From: Amphiscolops sp. MND2022
Lineage: Eukaryota
Assembly (NCBI GenBank): GCA_964187785.1
Contig: OZ076409.1
Location: 98,892,001-98,956,000 of the forward strand
Direction: 5' to 3'
DNA: 64,000 nt
Within the stretch, counting starts at the first letter, position 1, and each line of letters starts with the position of its first letter. The translations under genes were made by a program, and so were the position numbers. The notes beneath the pieces are model-generated. The model worked only from the letters and a program-made list of their open reading frames with translations, searched no databases and was not told the origin of the DNA. This document shows, in pieces, positions 10,054-20,900 of this stretch.

Positions 10054-10767
10054 TGTAACGGCAACTGCCCATGTCAAAATTTTCGAAGCAAAAATTCGTT
10101 CAAATCTGACGTGGCACTCAAACATGCTCCAGACGAAAGACCTGTCAGAAAAGCAGATCAGAAATCAGAAATCGCCCCCCGCGAGAGACGACGAGAAGAG
10201 AAGACGTAGAAAGCAGTCCCTAGAACACGGTGATGTGCCCATCTTTGGCGTTTGCACTACATAGGTAACAGAAACCGGTGTTCCAGATGCTCGCCTGAAG
10301 GTCCTGCGGTGTCCGGTGCGGTGACGAGCGCTAGCGCTGGGAAGCCATGGTCGATTCGCTCCTGTTAAATAACTCAAACTTCTGATACTGTTACGCTTAT
10401 TGTGCTTTCCTTGTTGTAGTAGATTGATATGCTCGAGAGCTGCCCATTTACATCTGTAGTTACCCTTTTTGATGTCGATTTTATCAGATTCTCCAATACT
10501 ATGGCTCAACATCCTCCTGTTTTCAGCCCCCTTTTTAAAGGCTAATTGAGCAGTGGTCTTGAGACATGCAAGATGCCCGTTACTTTTAGCAGTTACAGAC
10601 TAGGACCAGGCCAGAGAGTTTCCAACAAGACGGTTCCCCCACCTTGGGACTGGCTCCTTCGGAGGGAAAATGAGCTAGGGCCGCGGAGATCTAAGTCCCG
10701 GATTATATTCGCTGTTCTAGTTCCTCCACTCTACGTTGCGGTTCAAGCGCCAGCGCTTATCGTTACA
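10054..10767 (+). repeat. 3' LTR of element A (714 bp)
   Basis: Perfect 7-bp inverted termini TGTAACG / CGTTACA, preceded by PPT; partner LTR not in window; predicted TSD TTCCC. Confidence 0.8.
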
Positions 10768-11426
10768 TTCCCTTAATTCAACATAATTTGCTTTTCGTAA
10801 CAGACGTATTGCTTCAAGTTTTGTGGTTACCCATGAAAAGCACAGCTAACATTTTGCGCTTAAACTGATGTGACATTTCAACCTTCATTAGCAACCAGAG
10901 TCAACACTTTCAATCAAATTTCGTGACAATTCATGCATTTTATTGTCTACTGTCAGACTTTTTTCACGTGAGATTTTCAAGAAGTCTTTGCCACTTTCCC
11001 AATGCGATTTACCACTTTTTTTATTTCACCTAATTGCTAGTCTAGAGGTGACAATCTGGTTGGTCTAGAGGTGACAACCGACAAAAAAAATCTGCGGAGA
11101 TTGCAAATTTTTTCAAAAAGCTGAAAATGAAAACTGGAGGTTTTCAATTCGTGGAACAAAAATCAGTTTCTCACTTTATAACCTGTTGGTATTCATCAAT
11201 CGTGAAAGGTCCAAATATCCAAAAAAACGGGGTTTCAACAAAACAAATAGTGCGCATGAGGCGAATAAATCAACGATTCGGAATTATGATTGTAAATTTT
11301 CACCTTTTCAAAATGAAAAACGTGTGACAATGATCTCTGAAAGTTAGGTAGCGCTATAATTACTGTAGGATTCCTTTTCCAGGCAGTAGTTTAAAAGTAC
11401 GATCATGTTAGCTCCCTGGATTCCTT

Positions 11427-11474
11427 TTTTAGATCTTCTGGGAATATTACGTAACATTCCCAGAAGATCTAAAA
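11427..11474. repeat. Near-perfect 48-bp palindrome
   Basis: TTTTAGATCTTCTGGGAAT-ATTACGTAAC-ATTCCCAGAAGATCTAAAA. Confidence 0.9.
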
Positions 11475-11967
11475 GGAAGACAGTTTAGAAACAACTTAAA
11501 ATGCAAATAGCCATTTACAGCTTAAAAATGGCAAAGTACATTTGTCATTAAACTGTCAAGACATTCTTCTTGAAAAAATATCAAAATCTCACCGTGCCAA
11601 AGCAAAATCGAATTATTTTTCCTGAATGAAATCTTTTTAACAAAACCGAAAAGAGATTTTGGTGAAACAGAGTGCCAACCATTCTATATTAAGCACTTTG
11701 TAATTCCAAAGAACATATCAAAACGAATGGAAGGACTATTTGATTTTTTTTGCCTCCTTTAGATCTTGAGTTTTTTGTATAACGTTTCTCGTTTTTAGTC
11801 ACTCTCCTGGAATGGAAAAAAGTGACAATTTCATACTAAAAATGTCGAATTTTATCTCACAAAGCACTGACTAAAAATAGACTTTTCCCCAAAAAAGTGA
11901 AGGATTTCATTGAACAGTGCAGCTAACCGGATACATCTTAGAACAGAAAGTTCCCTGCCTATGGCAA

Positions 11968-12480
11968 CCCTGGTTGAAACTGCTTTGCTTGAAGTTTTTG
12001 CATGTATTTTAATGTTGCAAGAAACTTTTATTATGATTTTCTAAAACTCTGACGGAAACTTTCATACGAAAATATTTCCCTGTTGTGTTTAACCTATATC
12101 AAGATGCTTGAAAGATTCATCAACGTTTTGACGGCAATTTTTAGCCTTGCAGTTTTGCCGGTTTCAAAATTGATATCAGTTTTACTGCTAATTTGATGCA
12201 AAATAACTTCAGTCGCGTAATAAACTGCATGTTACCGTCATGTTTAGCGTGTTGTTTGATGAGCGGTGGTCACATTAGATGAGTAGTTGAGAAAACAAAG
12301 TGTAAATCCAAAGTGATTGTGTCGGTGATGAAGTGGTATTTATTTTCAAAGTTAATTTTAATCGTGCAAAATACAGTGTAATTCCACAAGATTTATCACC
12401 TCAATTTTCTAGGTTTGATGAAAAATTACCCTGCATGCAGGCCTGCAGCATGTAAAAAGTTCCTGCAGTTCCAACTAGGG
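11968..12480. mobile_element. MITE-like element with CCCT-type TIRs, copy 1
   Basis: CCCTGGTTGAAACTGC ... GCAGTTCCAACTAGGG; body matches 12812-13446 in inverted orientation. Confidence 0.7.
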
Positions 12481-12811
12481 ACGCCTCAAATCAACAAACT
12501 GATGTCTGGCACTGGTCCAGTGAACCAAAGTGGCGAATGCTGTAAACCTCTCATGAAGAGAAACTTATGAATCTGTCAGTTGAAGTAAATATTGCCCTAT
12601 TGTTTTCGACTTTTATCGAGTTGTTTGAAAAATTCATCGAAACGTTAGCTGAAACTTCAAGCCGTGACGTTTTTCCAGCTTTATTGTTGCATCAATTCTC
12701 TTTTTTTATGATGCAGAGAAGTTATCAATTTTACCTGTTTTATTGCATAGTAACTTCAGTTACGTAGTTTACTGCAAGTTCACGGCATCTTCATCTCAAT
12801 GTTTACCGCTG

Positions 12812-13446
12812 CTCTAGCTGAGACTGCAGGAACTTTTTACATGCTGGAGGGCTGTATGCAGTGTAATTGTTTATAAAACCTAGAAAATTCAGTTCCGAAA
12901 GTAAATTTTGTAGAATTACAGTGCATTTTCCACTACTGCAATTAGATTTGAAAACAAATACCACTTCATCGCCGACACGATAATTTTGTATTTACACTTT
13001 GTTTTCTCAATAATTCATCTGAGGTGATCACCGGTTCTCAAAAAGGACCCTAAACGTGACGCTAATTTGCAGTTTATTACGTGACTGAAGTTAGTTTGCA
13101 TTAAAATGGCTGTTTAACTGAGAGCGATTTATTTGCTTTTAAAATAGAACTGCTTCCTAATGAAACCTGCAAAACTTCAATGCCTAAAATTGCCTCCAGA
13201 ACATTGATGAATCTTGCAAGCAGCTTGATAAAAATCGAATAGAACAGGCAATTATTTTGGCATGAAAGTTTCCTTAAGAGTTTTAGAAAATCATAATAAA
13301 AGTTGCTGGCAACATCGATGTGCATGCAAAAAGTTCTACAAAAATTTCTACATGGGCGAAGCTTACTGAATTTTCTAGGTCTTTCAAAAAGTATTCCTGA
13401 TTGCAGGCTTGCAGAATGTAAAATGTTCCAACAGTCTCAACTAGGG
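12812..13446. mobile_element. MITE-like element with CCCT-type TIRs, copy 2 (inverted relative to copy 1)
   Basis: CTCTAGCTGAGACTG ... CAGTCTCAACTAGGG; ~500 bp of diverged reverse-complement similarity to 11990-12475. Confidence 0.7.
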
Positions 13447-14580
13447 ACTGAAACAAAGTATTAGATGAAACCCAAATCATCCCTTGATTTTTCCTGGACT
13501 GCTATACGATCTCAGGAGCTGTTTGAGCGCTGGTTTCCAGAAAATTCGCGCACATTTTTCTTCAGCAGAGCCGAGCTTCTCATCTAACTCAAAGCTTCAT
13601 CTAATCTTATAATTTCCCAAGAAACCATTATAGAATAAATTTCAAAATATTATCGATGGATAGAGACACTGTTCATTCCAAGGTTGCATGATGCCTTTTG
13701 TCAGGAGGGCGGGAATTGCGTGTATGTCCTGTGACGTAAGTTCAAAATAGTTCCGACAAATTTTTACTAGATTTTTGGTTTAGATGACTTAAATATTATT
13801 TTTTTCCGAAGAAACTTTGTTTCATAACAAGAAACCATGTGTCTGCGTACCTTTGGAGAATTGAAAATCAAAGTGCATTTTTTTCCCTTTTGAATCTTGT
13901 CTCTTTACCATGAAAAATATTTCCAGAAAATTGGCGCTGTTTTGCAAAATTTATGTCTATGATTCCAAAATGAAAAAGTCTCTTAAAGAAATCCAAAGGA
14001 ATTCGATTGTGAAAAAACTATTGCGACACAATGGAGATGCTAAACACCTTAAGATAGCGTCTACCAATCAATCCAGTTGTGAAAAAATTGCCAGAGCTAT
14101 GATAAACAAAAGTACTACCAAATTAGGCGAATATTGATTGCTAGCAGATTTTTCGAAATCAAACGCTATAGTTCTATGGCGGCCAAAAATAATGAAAAAG
14201 AATATTTCTGTTTCTATAGATTGGTTTTTCATATGAATCTTTCCTAAGTCTTTTTTGTCGCGGAAATAAGTTTCGTGAACTGAAAAATGCAATCAATTTC
14301 CAATGTTTGATTTCCAATGTCTCTGATGAGAAGTAGAGTTTTTGTTACTTTTAGAACTTTTAGAAGTAGAATATTTTACTTTCAGAACTATATAAATAAT
14401 TGGTTTAAGTTCAATCTTCAAAAGGATGGTAATTAGTTGATCAATTAAACCATTTGGGAAAATTTGTCGCTTTTTGGAATTTGGGGCGAATCATCGCTTG
14501 GGACGGTTTGTCACCTAAACCGGCTTGTCGCGGACAATGGTTATGAAACTTCTACACGATATTACCTAATTCGCTACTCA

Positions 14581-14690
14581 TTTTTAGTCGGCGCTTTTCT
14601 TAAGAAAAGAGTCGACTATAGTAATAGTTTTTCGTCAGATTTTTTGATACATCTGAACTTCACAAAATAATTCAACCAAAAGTTCTATCT
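14581..14690 (+). mobile_element. HINE/DINE-1-like element, 5' fragment
   Basis: TTTTTAGTCGGCGCTTTTC...AAGAGTCGACTA 5' subTIR hairpin shared with the other copies. Confidence 0.6.
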
Positions 14691-14906
14691 TTCAATTTTG
14701 AACCTTTTGAAAATTACCTTTTAACAGTAAGGCAGTGAGTCGCTTTCGACAAAACTTCAACCCATACCGAATTTACCAAAACCGGAAATAACGAATTCCG
14801 GATATAACGTATACCGGATATAACGTTTCTTGGAGAATGTTTCAATGCTACAAATTGCAGGTTGATCAGGAAAGTTGGAACATTACGATACACATCCCAG
14901 TAAAAC

Positions 14907-15735
14907 TGATTTCAGCCACTCAGTGTAATATGTGTAATCCGTAAAATGGCCATTCATTAGTCAGTCAAGACGGTCTACTCCTGGAAGGTGTAGCTGTGTC
15001 AACGAGTGTATTCAAAAATCATTCCAACAAGTCAATGCGCCTAGTTAGTGAAAAGTAGAAGTTTGTTCAAAAATGCTCTTTTCTTAATTCAGTCATTAAC
15101 TGCCACTGCTTACAAGTATAGCTATCCACAATTTGCAATATGTGGAACGTGGTCAAAGTCTAATTTACTTACATCAAAAAAGTTCGATATGCATTCAGCG
15201 CACTCAACGTTCATTTTATTTAATAATCAAACCACCACATCCCAAAACAGTGAAGTTAAACAATGATTCATTGAATAACTAGTTAATATTACCAAACAGT
15301 ACCACACGAAGCCATCTGCACGTGTACACGTGTATTTTGTTGATTCCGGTCACTCAGCGTAATTTGTGTAAACGGTAAAACTGTCATCCATAAGTGAGTC
15401 AAGAGGGTCTACTCCTGGAAGAAGGTGTAAATGTGTAAACGAGTGCAATGGAGATAGATTCAAACTAGTCAATAGTCAATGTGCCTAGTTATTGAAAAGT
15501 GGAAGCTTGTCTTAAAATTCTTTTTTCCGTGATTCAGTCAAACTTTGAATAACTGCAACTTATTACAAATCTTTTGTCACAGTTATATGCAATAAATTAT
15601 GAACTTCCTTTTTAAATCCAGTTCATATCACCACATCGTGAAACAGTCAAGGTAAACAAATTAAAGGTAAATAAATAGCTAACATTACTAAGCAGTATCT
15701 CACGTAGCATCGCGCACGTGTAAACCTGTTTTTTT
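14907..15735. repeat. Old diverged tandem duplication, ~430-bp unit (14907-15340, 15341-~15735)
   Basis: Shared blocks such as AGTCAAGA.GGTCTACTCCTGGAAG, GCCTAGTTA.TGAAAAGT and GCACGTGTA in both units. Confidence 0.75.
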
Positions 15736-16299
15736 CCATGCATTGTACGTGCAAATTGTTGAATAGTAAACCTTGCAGCTAGTAATTAGTACCAATACAA
15801 CAAATAATTGAGTAATTGGTCAACTAGTTTTTGAATTGGTTATTTTTGGACCCTGTCGGGAGCAAGCATGTTCAAACTGATGAACACTTTTGTCGCAAAT
15901 ATCATTATTTTTTGGATGAAGATGATAATGCCAGTACTGCTCATAGTTTTATTTTCAAAGCAGCCCTCATGAAAAATAGTTTCAAATCTGTCTCAAAACA
16001 TGGTCCCTGTCGTGAGCCAAGCAGAACTGTCACCCGGTTGATCGGTAACCGACTTATTTAACTTGTTAATTTTGGGTCTTCCCTTGAGCCAAAGCATTTT
16101 AATTGATCAGTTTTGATCCCTGTCCTGAGCATTATCATAACACTTTGTTACAAAAAATCTTGACTACCTTTGAGACTATATAAAACAAAGGAAGTGCGTC
16201 GTATTGACACTTGAAATTTTAAAAAAACGGATGCCTACTGATTGCTTGAACGTAGACTTTTAGGATTTTCTGATGAAAAACGATGGGTTCGGCAGGTAG

Positions 16300-16560
16300 A
16301 AATCACTCCACAAATTTCACGTCGAATGTTTAACCACCTGATTATCAAAAATCAAAGAAAACGTTATGCCGTGAGGCCTTGGCTTTCTTGGCAAGGACGT
16401 TTCGCGAAAAAATTCCGGTTCTTCGAGCGAAAATGGAGATCCATCCACGTGAACCAGAATCTTTATCGGGATTTTTTGCGCAAAACATGTGGCCTGTTTG
16501 TATCGACCAAGCAGAATTTACGTCAATAAAGGTTCATGCAGCACAAAGCGACCTTGATCC
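16300..16560 (-). pseudogene. Possible decayed piggyBac-like transposase fragment
   Basis: Minus-strand translation ILVHVDGSPFSLEEPEFFRETSLPRKPRPHGITFSLIFD resembles the piggyBac VDE...PxKPxKYGIK block; flanked by stops. Confidence 0.35.
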
Positions 16561-17150
16561 TTTTCCCTTAAGACTTCTCAATCTTTTCAGAGATTTCAAA
16601 AAACTCTTTGTCCTAGATACTTGGCGGATCAGCTGTCCTGAGGCTAGAAGTTTCCGGTTCACCTATAGAGTTATTTGGAGAATCTCTCCAGGCTTTCCTT
16701 TTAGATGTTCTTGCGGGCATTTTAGTACACAGCTTGATTTGAACAGGAAATTTCAGTTCGAAGAATTCCTACTGGAAGTGAGGAAAGTAGAAAGTTTGAA
16801 AAGTCTCTTGTTTATCAATATCGGAACAAAAGGAGAAAAGTTTCGTAAAATTATTAACTGAAATCAACACTACTTTCACAGATGTTTATACACTTGACTC
16901 ATAATAGCGGCGGAATATGCACACAACCTTCACGCCTTGTTCAGCCCGGCGTCCTTCCAAGCAGGGAAACAGGATGCTCAGTTCCACTTTGTCGAATTCA
17001 GACTCTCAGTTTGTTCATCTTTTCAAAGGAAAACAAGCTTCCACTTTCTGTCTTAGTTGCGACTCCGCTTCACTTCGCTCGCAATTCCGGCCTTTTCGAG
17101 ACGCCGAAGCTGAACTTGGCAAAGAAAGTGTATGGGTGAATCACTAGTTT
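16545..17150 (-). mobile_element. Possible LTR relic with a gag-like N-terminus (MPARTSKRKA...)
   Basis: TATAAACA at 16883-16890 (minus) about 165 nt upstream of ATG 16720; stop-interrupted peptide MPARTSKRKAWRD...EISEKIEKS*GKRIK; layout mirrors the LTR of element B. Confidence 0.35.
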
Positions 17151-17587
17151 ATAGTTTACAAAATTAAACAAACTAATGACACTCAAAATTTACAGAGGAC
17201 AAAATGTTTCCCAATATAATTAGAAGATCTTTCACTACTGCGCAAGGCAAGATTATGATTTATTCGAAACACTGGATTTTTAGGGCGTTTGATGACAAAA
17301 ATCAAGGAATGATGAAATCCCGGTCCCAAGATTGAACATTATTTACATGTAAATTGGTACTTTAAATTGCATGTAGTCAACGGTCGTCATTTACAAACAC
17401 ACCTTTTATGAACTTTAAACAACCCATTCCATTTGATTTTAAAAAAGTTTCATCGTGAGATTCACAAAACACTTTAAATCTCAGGTCCAGACTGCAACCT
17501 GAGGCAATCAATCGTCCAAACTTTGTTTGCATGCAAAGTTTACAATTCAAAGGTTTATGATTAAAGCAAACATCGGGACAAAAAATT

Positions 17588-17974
17588 AACAAGACGGGAA
17601 CGTCCCAAGTCGGCGCCATATCTTAGGCTCAAAAATATTCAAGGAACAACTATTGTAAAAATTTGGAAAAAAAATTTTTCAAAAAAATTATTTTTGAAAT
17701 TTTTTTTCGAAAAAAAGTATTTTTTAAGTCGCAAAATGCCGAAAAAAATCCAAAGGGGGGACCCTTTGGGCACGTCCGGTTGTGTATGTTTCCTTGAAAA
17801 AGTAAAAACTGAAAGGGTTGGAGTAAAGTTTGCCTTCTGCGCAGAATTGCAGAATTGTAAGAAAAGTGGACCACTCAGAGTGAGATTGTCAACTGAAAAA
17901 AACAAAAAAAAAAAAAAACTACTCACTGTAAGAGTCGGGCTTTTTTCCTTAAGGGAAAAGGCGCCGACTAAAAA
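17588..17974 (-). mobile_element. HINE/DINE-1-like non-autonomous Helentron element, complete
   Basis: AACAAG + hairpin GGGAACGTCCC + AGTCGGCGCC at one end, GTCGGGC...GGCGCCGACTAAAA at the other; no TSD. Confidence 0.75.
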
Positions 17975-18309
17975 CACGTTCTTAGTTTGGAAAGATAATA
18001 GTTTAATAGTAAAGTAAATGATTTTGCAAAGGATATTAGTGAGAAATTCGTTCCAGAGCGTCCTGGGACGCGGAACGTGACATTTATACATTCATCACAG
18101 ATGTTCATTTTTTTCAAAACAATTACATGTATATCATCACTTAAGCATCACAAGTTAACATGTATTCATTGGTAACGCAATTGTTGTTAGCTAATAGCGC
18201 ACAGTGCATGTCCTTCTGAGGCCGCTTGCCAGGCTGGCGTCCCAGATTCGAGATCCAAATGTATGATGCGGGCATATGGTTGTTGCCGTTTTGAGTTGTT
18301 GTTTCAGCG

Positions 18310-18895
18310 AACAAGACAGGAACGTCTGAACTCAGCGCTATATCTAATGCCCAAAAAGCACAAAGTTTTCAAAATATGCCCATGCCGTAAATAAGAAAAA
18401 ACGGAAAACAGTTTTGAAACACCCAAAGGATGCCTTTTGTGCTTGATAAGACTTGGAAGCCACTCTTTCCTTACCTGGAAACATGAACGGTGCTAGTCCA
18501 CTGGGAAAACCAAACTTTTAAATAAAAATTATTCATTCTGAAAAATCTTGAATGCCAAAAGTGTAAACTTTCGGCTTTTCGATCTTCCAGTTTGTTGCAA
18601 AATATCAAAATTTTGAAGGGTTGGTCCTTTACAGACATTTAAAAAATATATTTTAAAAGAGTCTCACATTGCCAAAAATATTTGAAGGGGGGCCTTCAGT
18701 CTCGTCCGAATTTGCAAAAGCACGAAAAAGTTTCTGCCTAAAGTAGGGATTCGAACCGCCTCCTGCTGGGTTCTCTTAAACCGAATAAAAACTGTACTAA
18801 AAATGGGACATAACAGGGTGAGCTCTGTGGTCTGACGAAGAAAAACTAGCCGTTGTAATAATCGGTCACTTTTCTAAAGAAAGGCGCCGAAAAAA
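18310..18895 (-). mobile_element. HINE/DINE-1-like element, diverged copy
   Basis: AACAAGACAGGAACGTC... start and AAAGGCGCCGAAAAAA end; internal GAAGGGGGGCCTT blocks. Confidence 0.6.
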
Positions 18896-19329
18896 GACAA
18901 TGGGAGATATTGGAAATAGGTAATTTGCTTAAAACAATTTGAAAACGAAAAGATAAACTGGCATCTTGAAAAAAAAAGAAAATTCAAATTGAGATGTTTT
19001 TGAGCGATATGACCCAGATCTAGCACTTTTCATGCTAAGGTGTGTTTTCTATTCCGAAGTTTTAGTAAGTGTATAGTCCTTTCCAAAAAGACAACAAAAC
19101 CGCTGGTAACTAATTACTGGTGACGTTCTACAAAAAAACACTGTCAGTAGCCTCTCTGGTAGACCGACTCCAAGAGAACAGTACTTTCTCAATATGTAAC
19201 CGACCGGTTTCCTTGGGTGTTCACACCAGGTGTCTCAGTGCTCTTTTGGAGCTATATAGCCTTAGGCTTTTACTGAGTTTCAACCCAGAGCACAAGTGCT
19301 GAGTCCATCTCATTCATCATTCACACTTA

Positions 19330-20900
19330 TCTAGCTACTGCCAGCGAATTCATTCTGACAAGGTTGAGATCCAGCTCTACGAAGTTCACTCGACAACGAG
19401 AGTTTGTGCTGTTTGCCTCCTTGAATATTTGAGGTAGTGTGTTTGCTCCGTATATTCTTAGCAAGCACTAGAGCCCCCGCCCCCACCAGTAGGCTCATTT
19501 ACGTTGTATGAGTAGCGCGCACTCGCTATTCCTAATGGTAGCAACCAAACAACTTAACCGTTTTTTGCTAACTCAGTTCTTGAAGAATTCGTCTATCTAC
19601 TAACGACTTGAGAGTACTCTGCAACTGTCCCTGAGAGAGGTACTTGGTCGGGTTTAGTGCGAGGCTTATCTTCCCGTAGAAGTCCAGTACCTTCGTTTCA
19701 AGGATATCCACTACTGTCCTATTTCTACCTCAGATACTCCCTACCCAATGGGTTTTTTATGCCAATGAGCTACTGCATCGAATCCAGGTGAAGTTACCGA
19801 CATTCCTCGGAGATTGGGATCTCTTTGGAGTAACGATACACAACCCCCTTATACCTCAGTTCAAGCTAAAGTCGCGTCAAGGTCCAAGCGTCTCAAGACC
19901 GCTCCAGCGAAAACTGACCTTACCACAATGTCTGCAACGCATGTCCAGGACCATCGAATTAAAAATGGCCTTTAATCCGAGCAGTCAGGGTGTGGATCAG
20001 TTACAGAATGCAGCATGCGAGCTATAGCGTCTGTCATCCAAGTTAGTTCATGAACTAACAAGGCGAGACCCAACCGCTTTGAGAGTGAAGAAACTCGACT
20101 TGAAAGTGAGTTCTAACAGCGCTGGTCACTTCCAGAGAAGCTGAGATGGGAGCATACTCCGATTTTCATTTGAGGTATTTTGGTAGCCAGTGTTTTGGTG
20201 AGTTCTTGCTAGTTATCAGGACTGGGGGACATTTGGTTGTGGGTGTCGATCACTGAGCAACCTTAGCCCATCACAGACCTAAGTTGACACTTAACAGCAA
20301 TTCTCACACTGCCGGGAGTCCGAGAATTCCCACATATAATGCTTACTTGGTCGCTCCACTCTTGAAGGCATCTCTGTATCCTTGGGTGAGGTTTTGGTGT
20401 CTTCTTCCCTTCTGTCATATCGCTGCCCGAGTACAAACTGACATCCTACTCCACTTGGGAAGTATTCCCATCTAGTTGGGTAGCTGGTTTCCTTTGCCCC
20501 TCTTGAATGTAGGTGCTAACCAGTCAAGCACTGTGCGAGCAATCGCTCTCATCGGGGAGTTCAGCAACCATGAACAATGTCTACCATTTCATTCCCTATT
20601 TGAATCGATATACAAGCTTCCGTAATAGTAAAAGGTACTGCCAGCGAATTCATTCTGACAAAGAGGAACTCCAGCTCTACGAAGTTCACGGGACAATAAG
20701 AGCTTTGTGCTCTGTGCTTCCTCGAATTTTTGCCGGTGTGGTGGCTAAATTCTCAGCAAGCACTGGCGCCCCTCCACATTGGGCTCAAAATCGTGATATG
20801 AGAAGCGCACACTCGGTAATCTCAATGGTAGCAATCATACAACCTAACTGCCTTTCGCAAGCTCAGTTCTTCAAAGAATGTACCTACCTACGACGCCCCC
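19330..20900 (-). mobile_element. Highly decayed non-LTR retrotransposon-like fragments
   Basis: Locally higher GC; minus-strand remnants LQELS..TVKLFG...GGG (AP-endonuclease-like) and DMRCRHCG...ETL (C-terminal zinc-finger-like); 19336-19600 is a diverged copy of 20636-20890. Confidence 0.35.

Larger units (their letters stand above)
1..10767 (+). mobile_element. Ty3/Gypsy LTR retrotransposon A (5' part beyond window edge): pol + large extra ORF + 3' LTR
   Basis: RT-RNaseH-integrase domain order in ORF 6..4601; purine tract then LTR with TGTAACG...CGTTACA termini; GC content drops abruptly after 10767. Confidence 0.93.

Noticed and set aside
17639..18091. K/F-rich ORFs in HINE copies (also 29434-29767, 49256-49557)
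   Set aside because: Products of A/T homopolymer runs in a non-coding repeat
18195..18256. tRNA gene
   Set aside because: Only loose A/B-box resemblance; no cloverleaf
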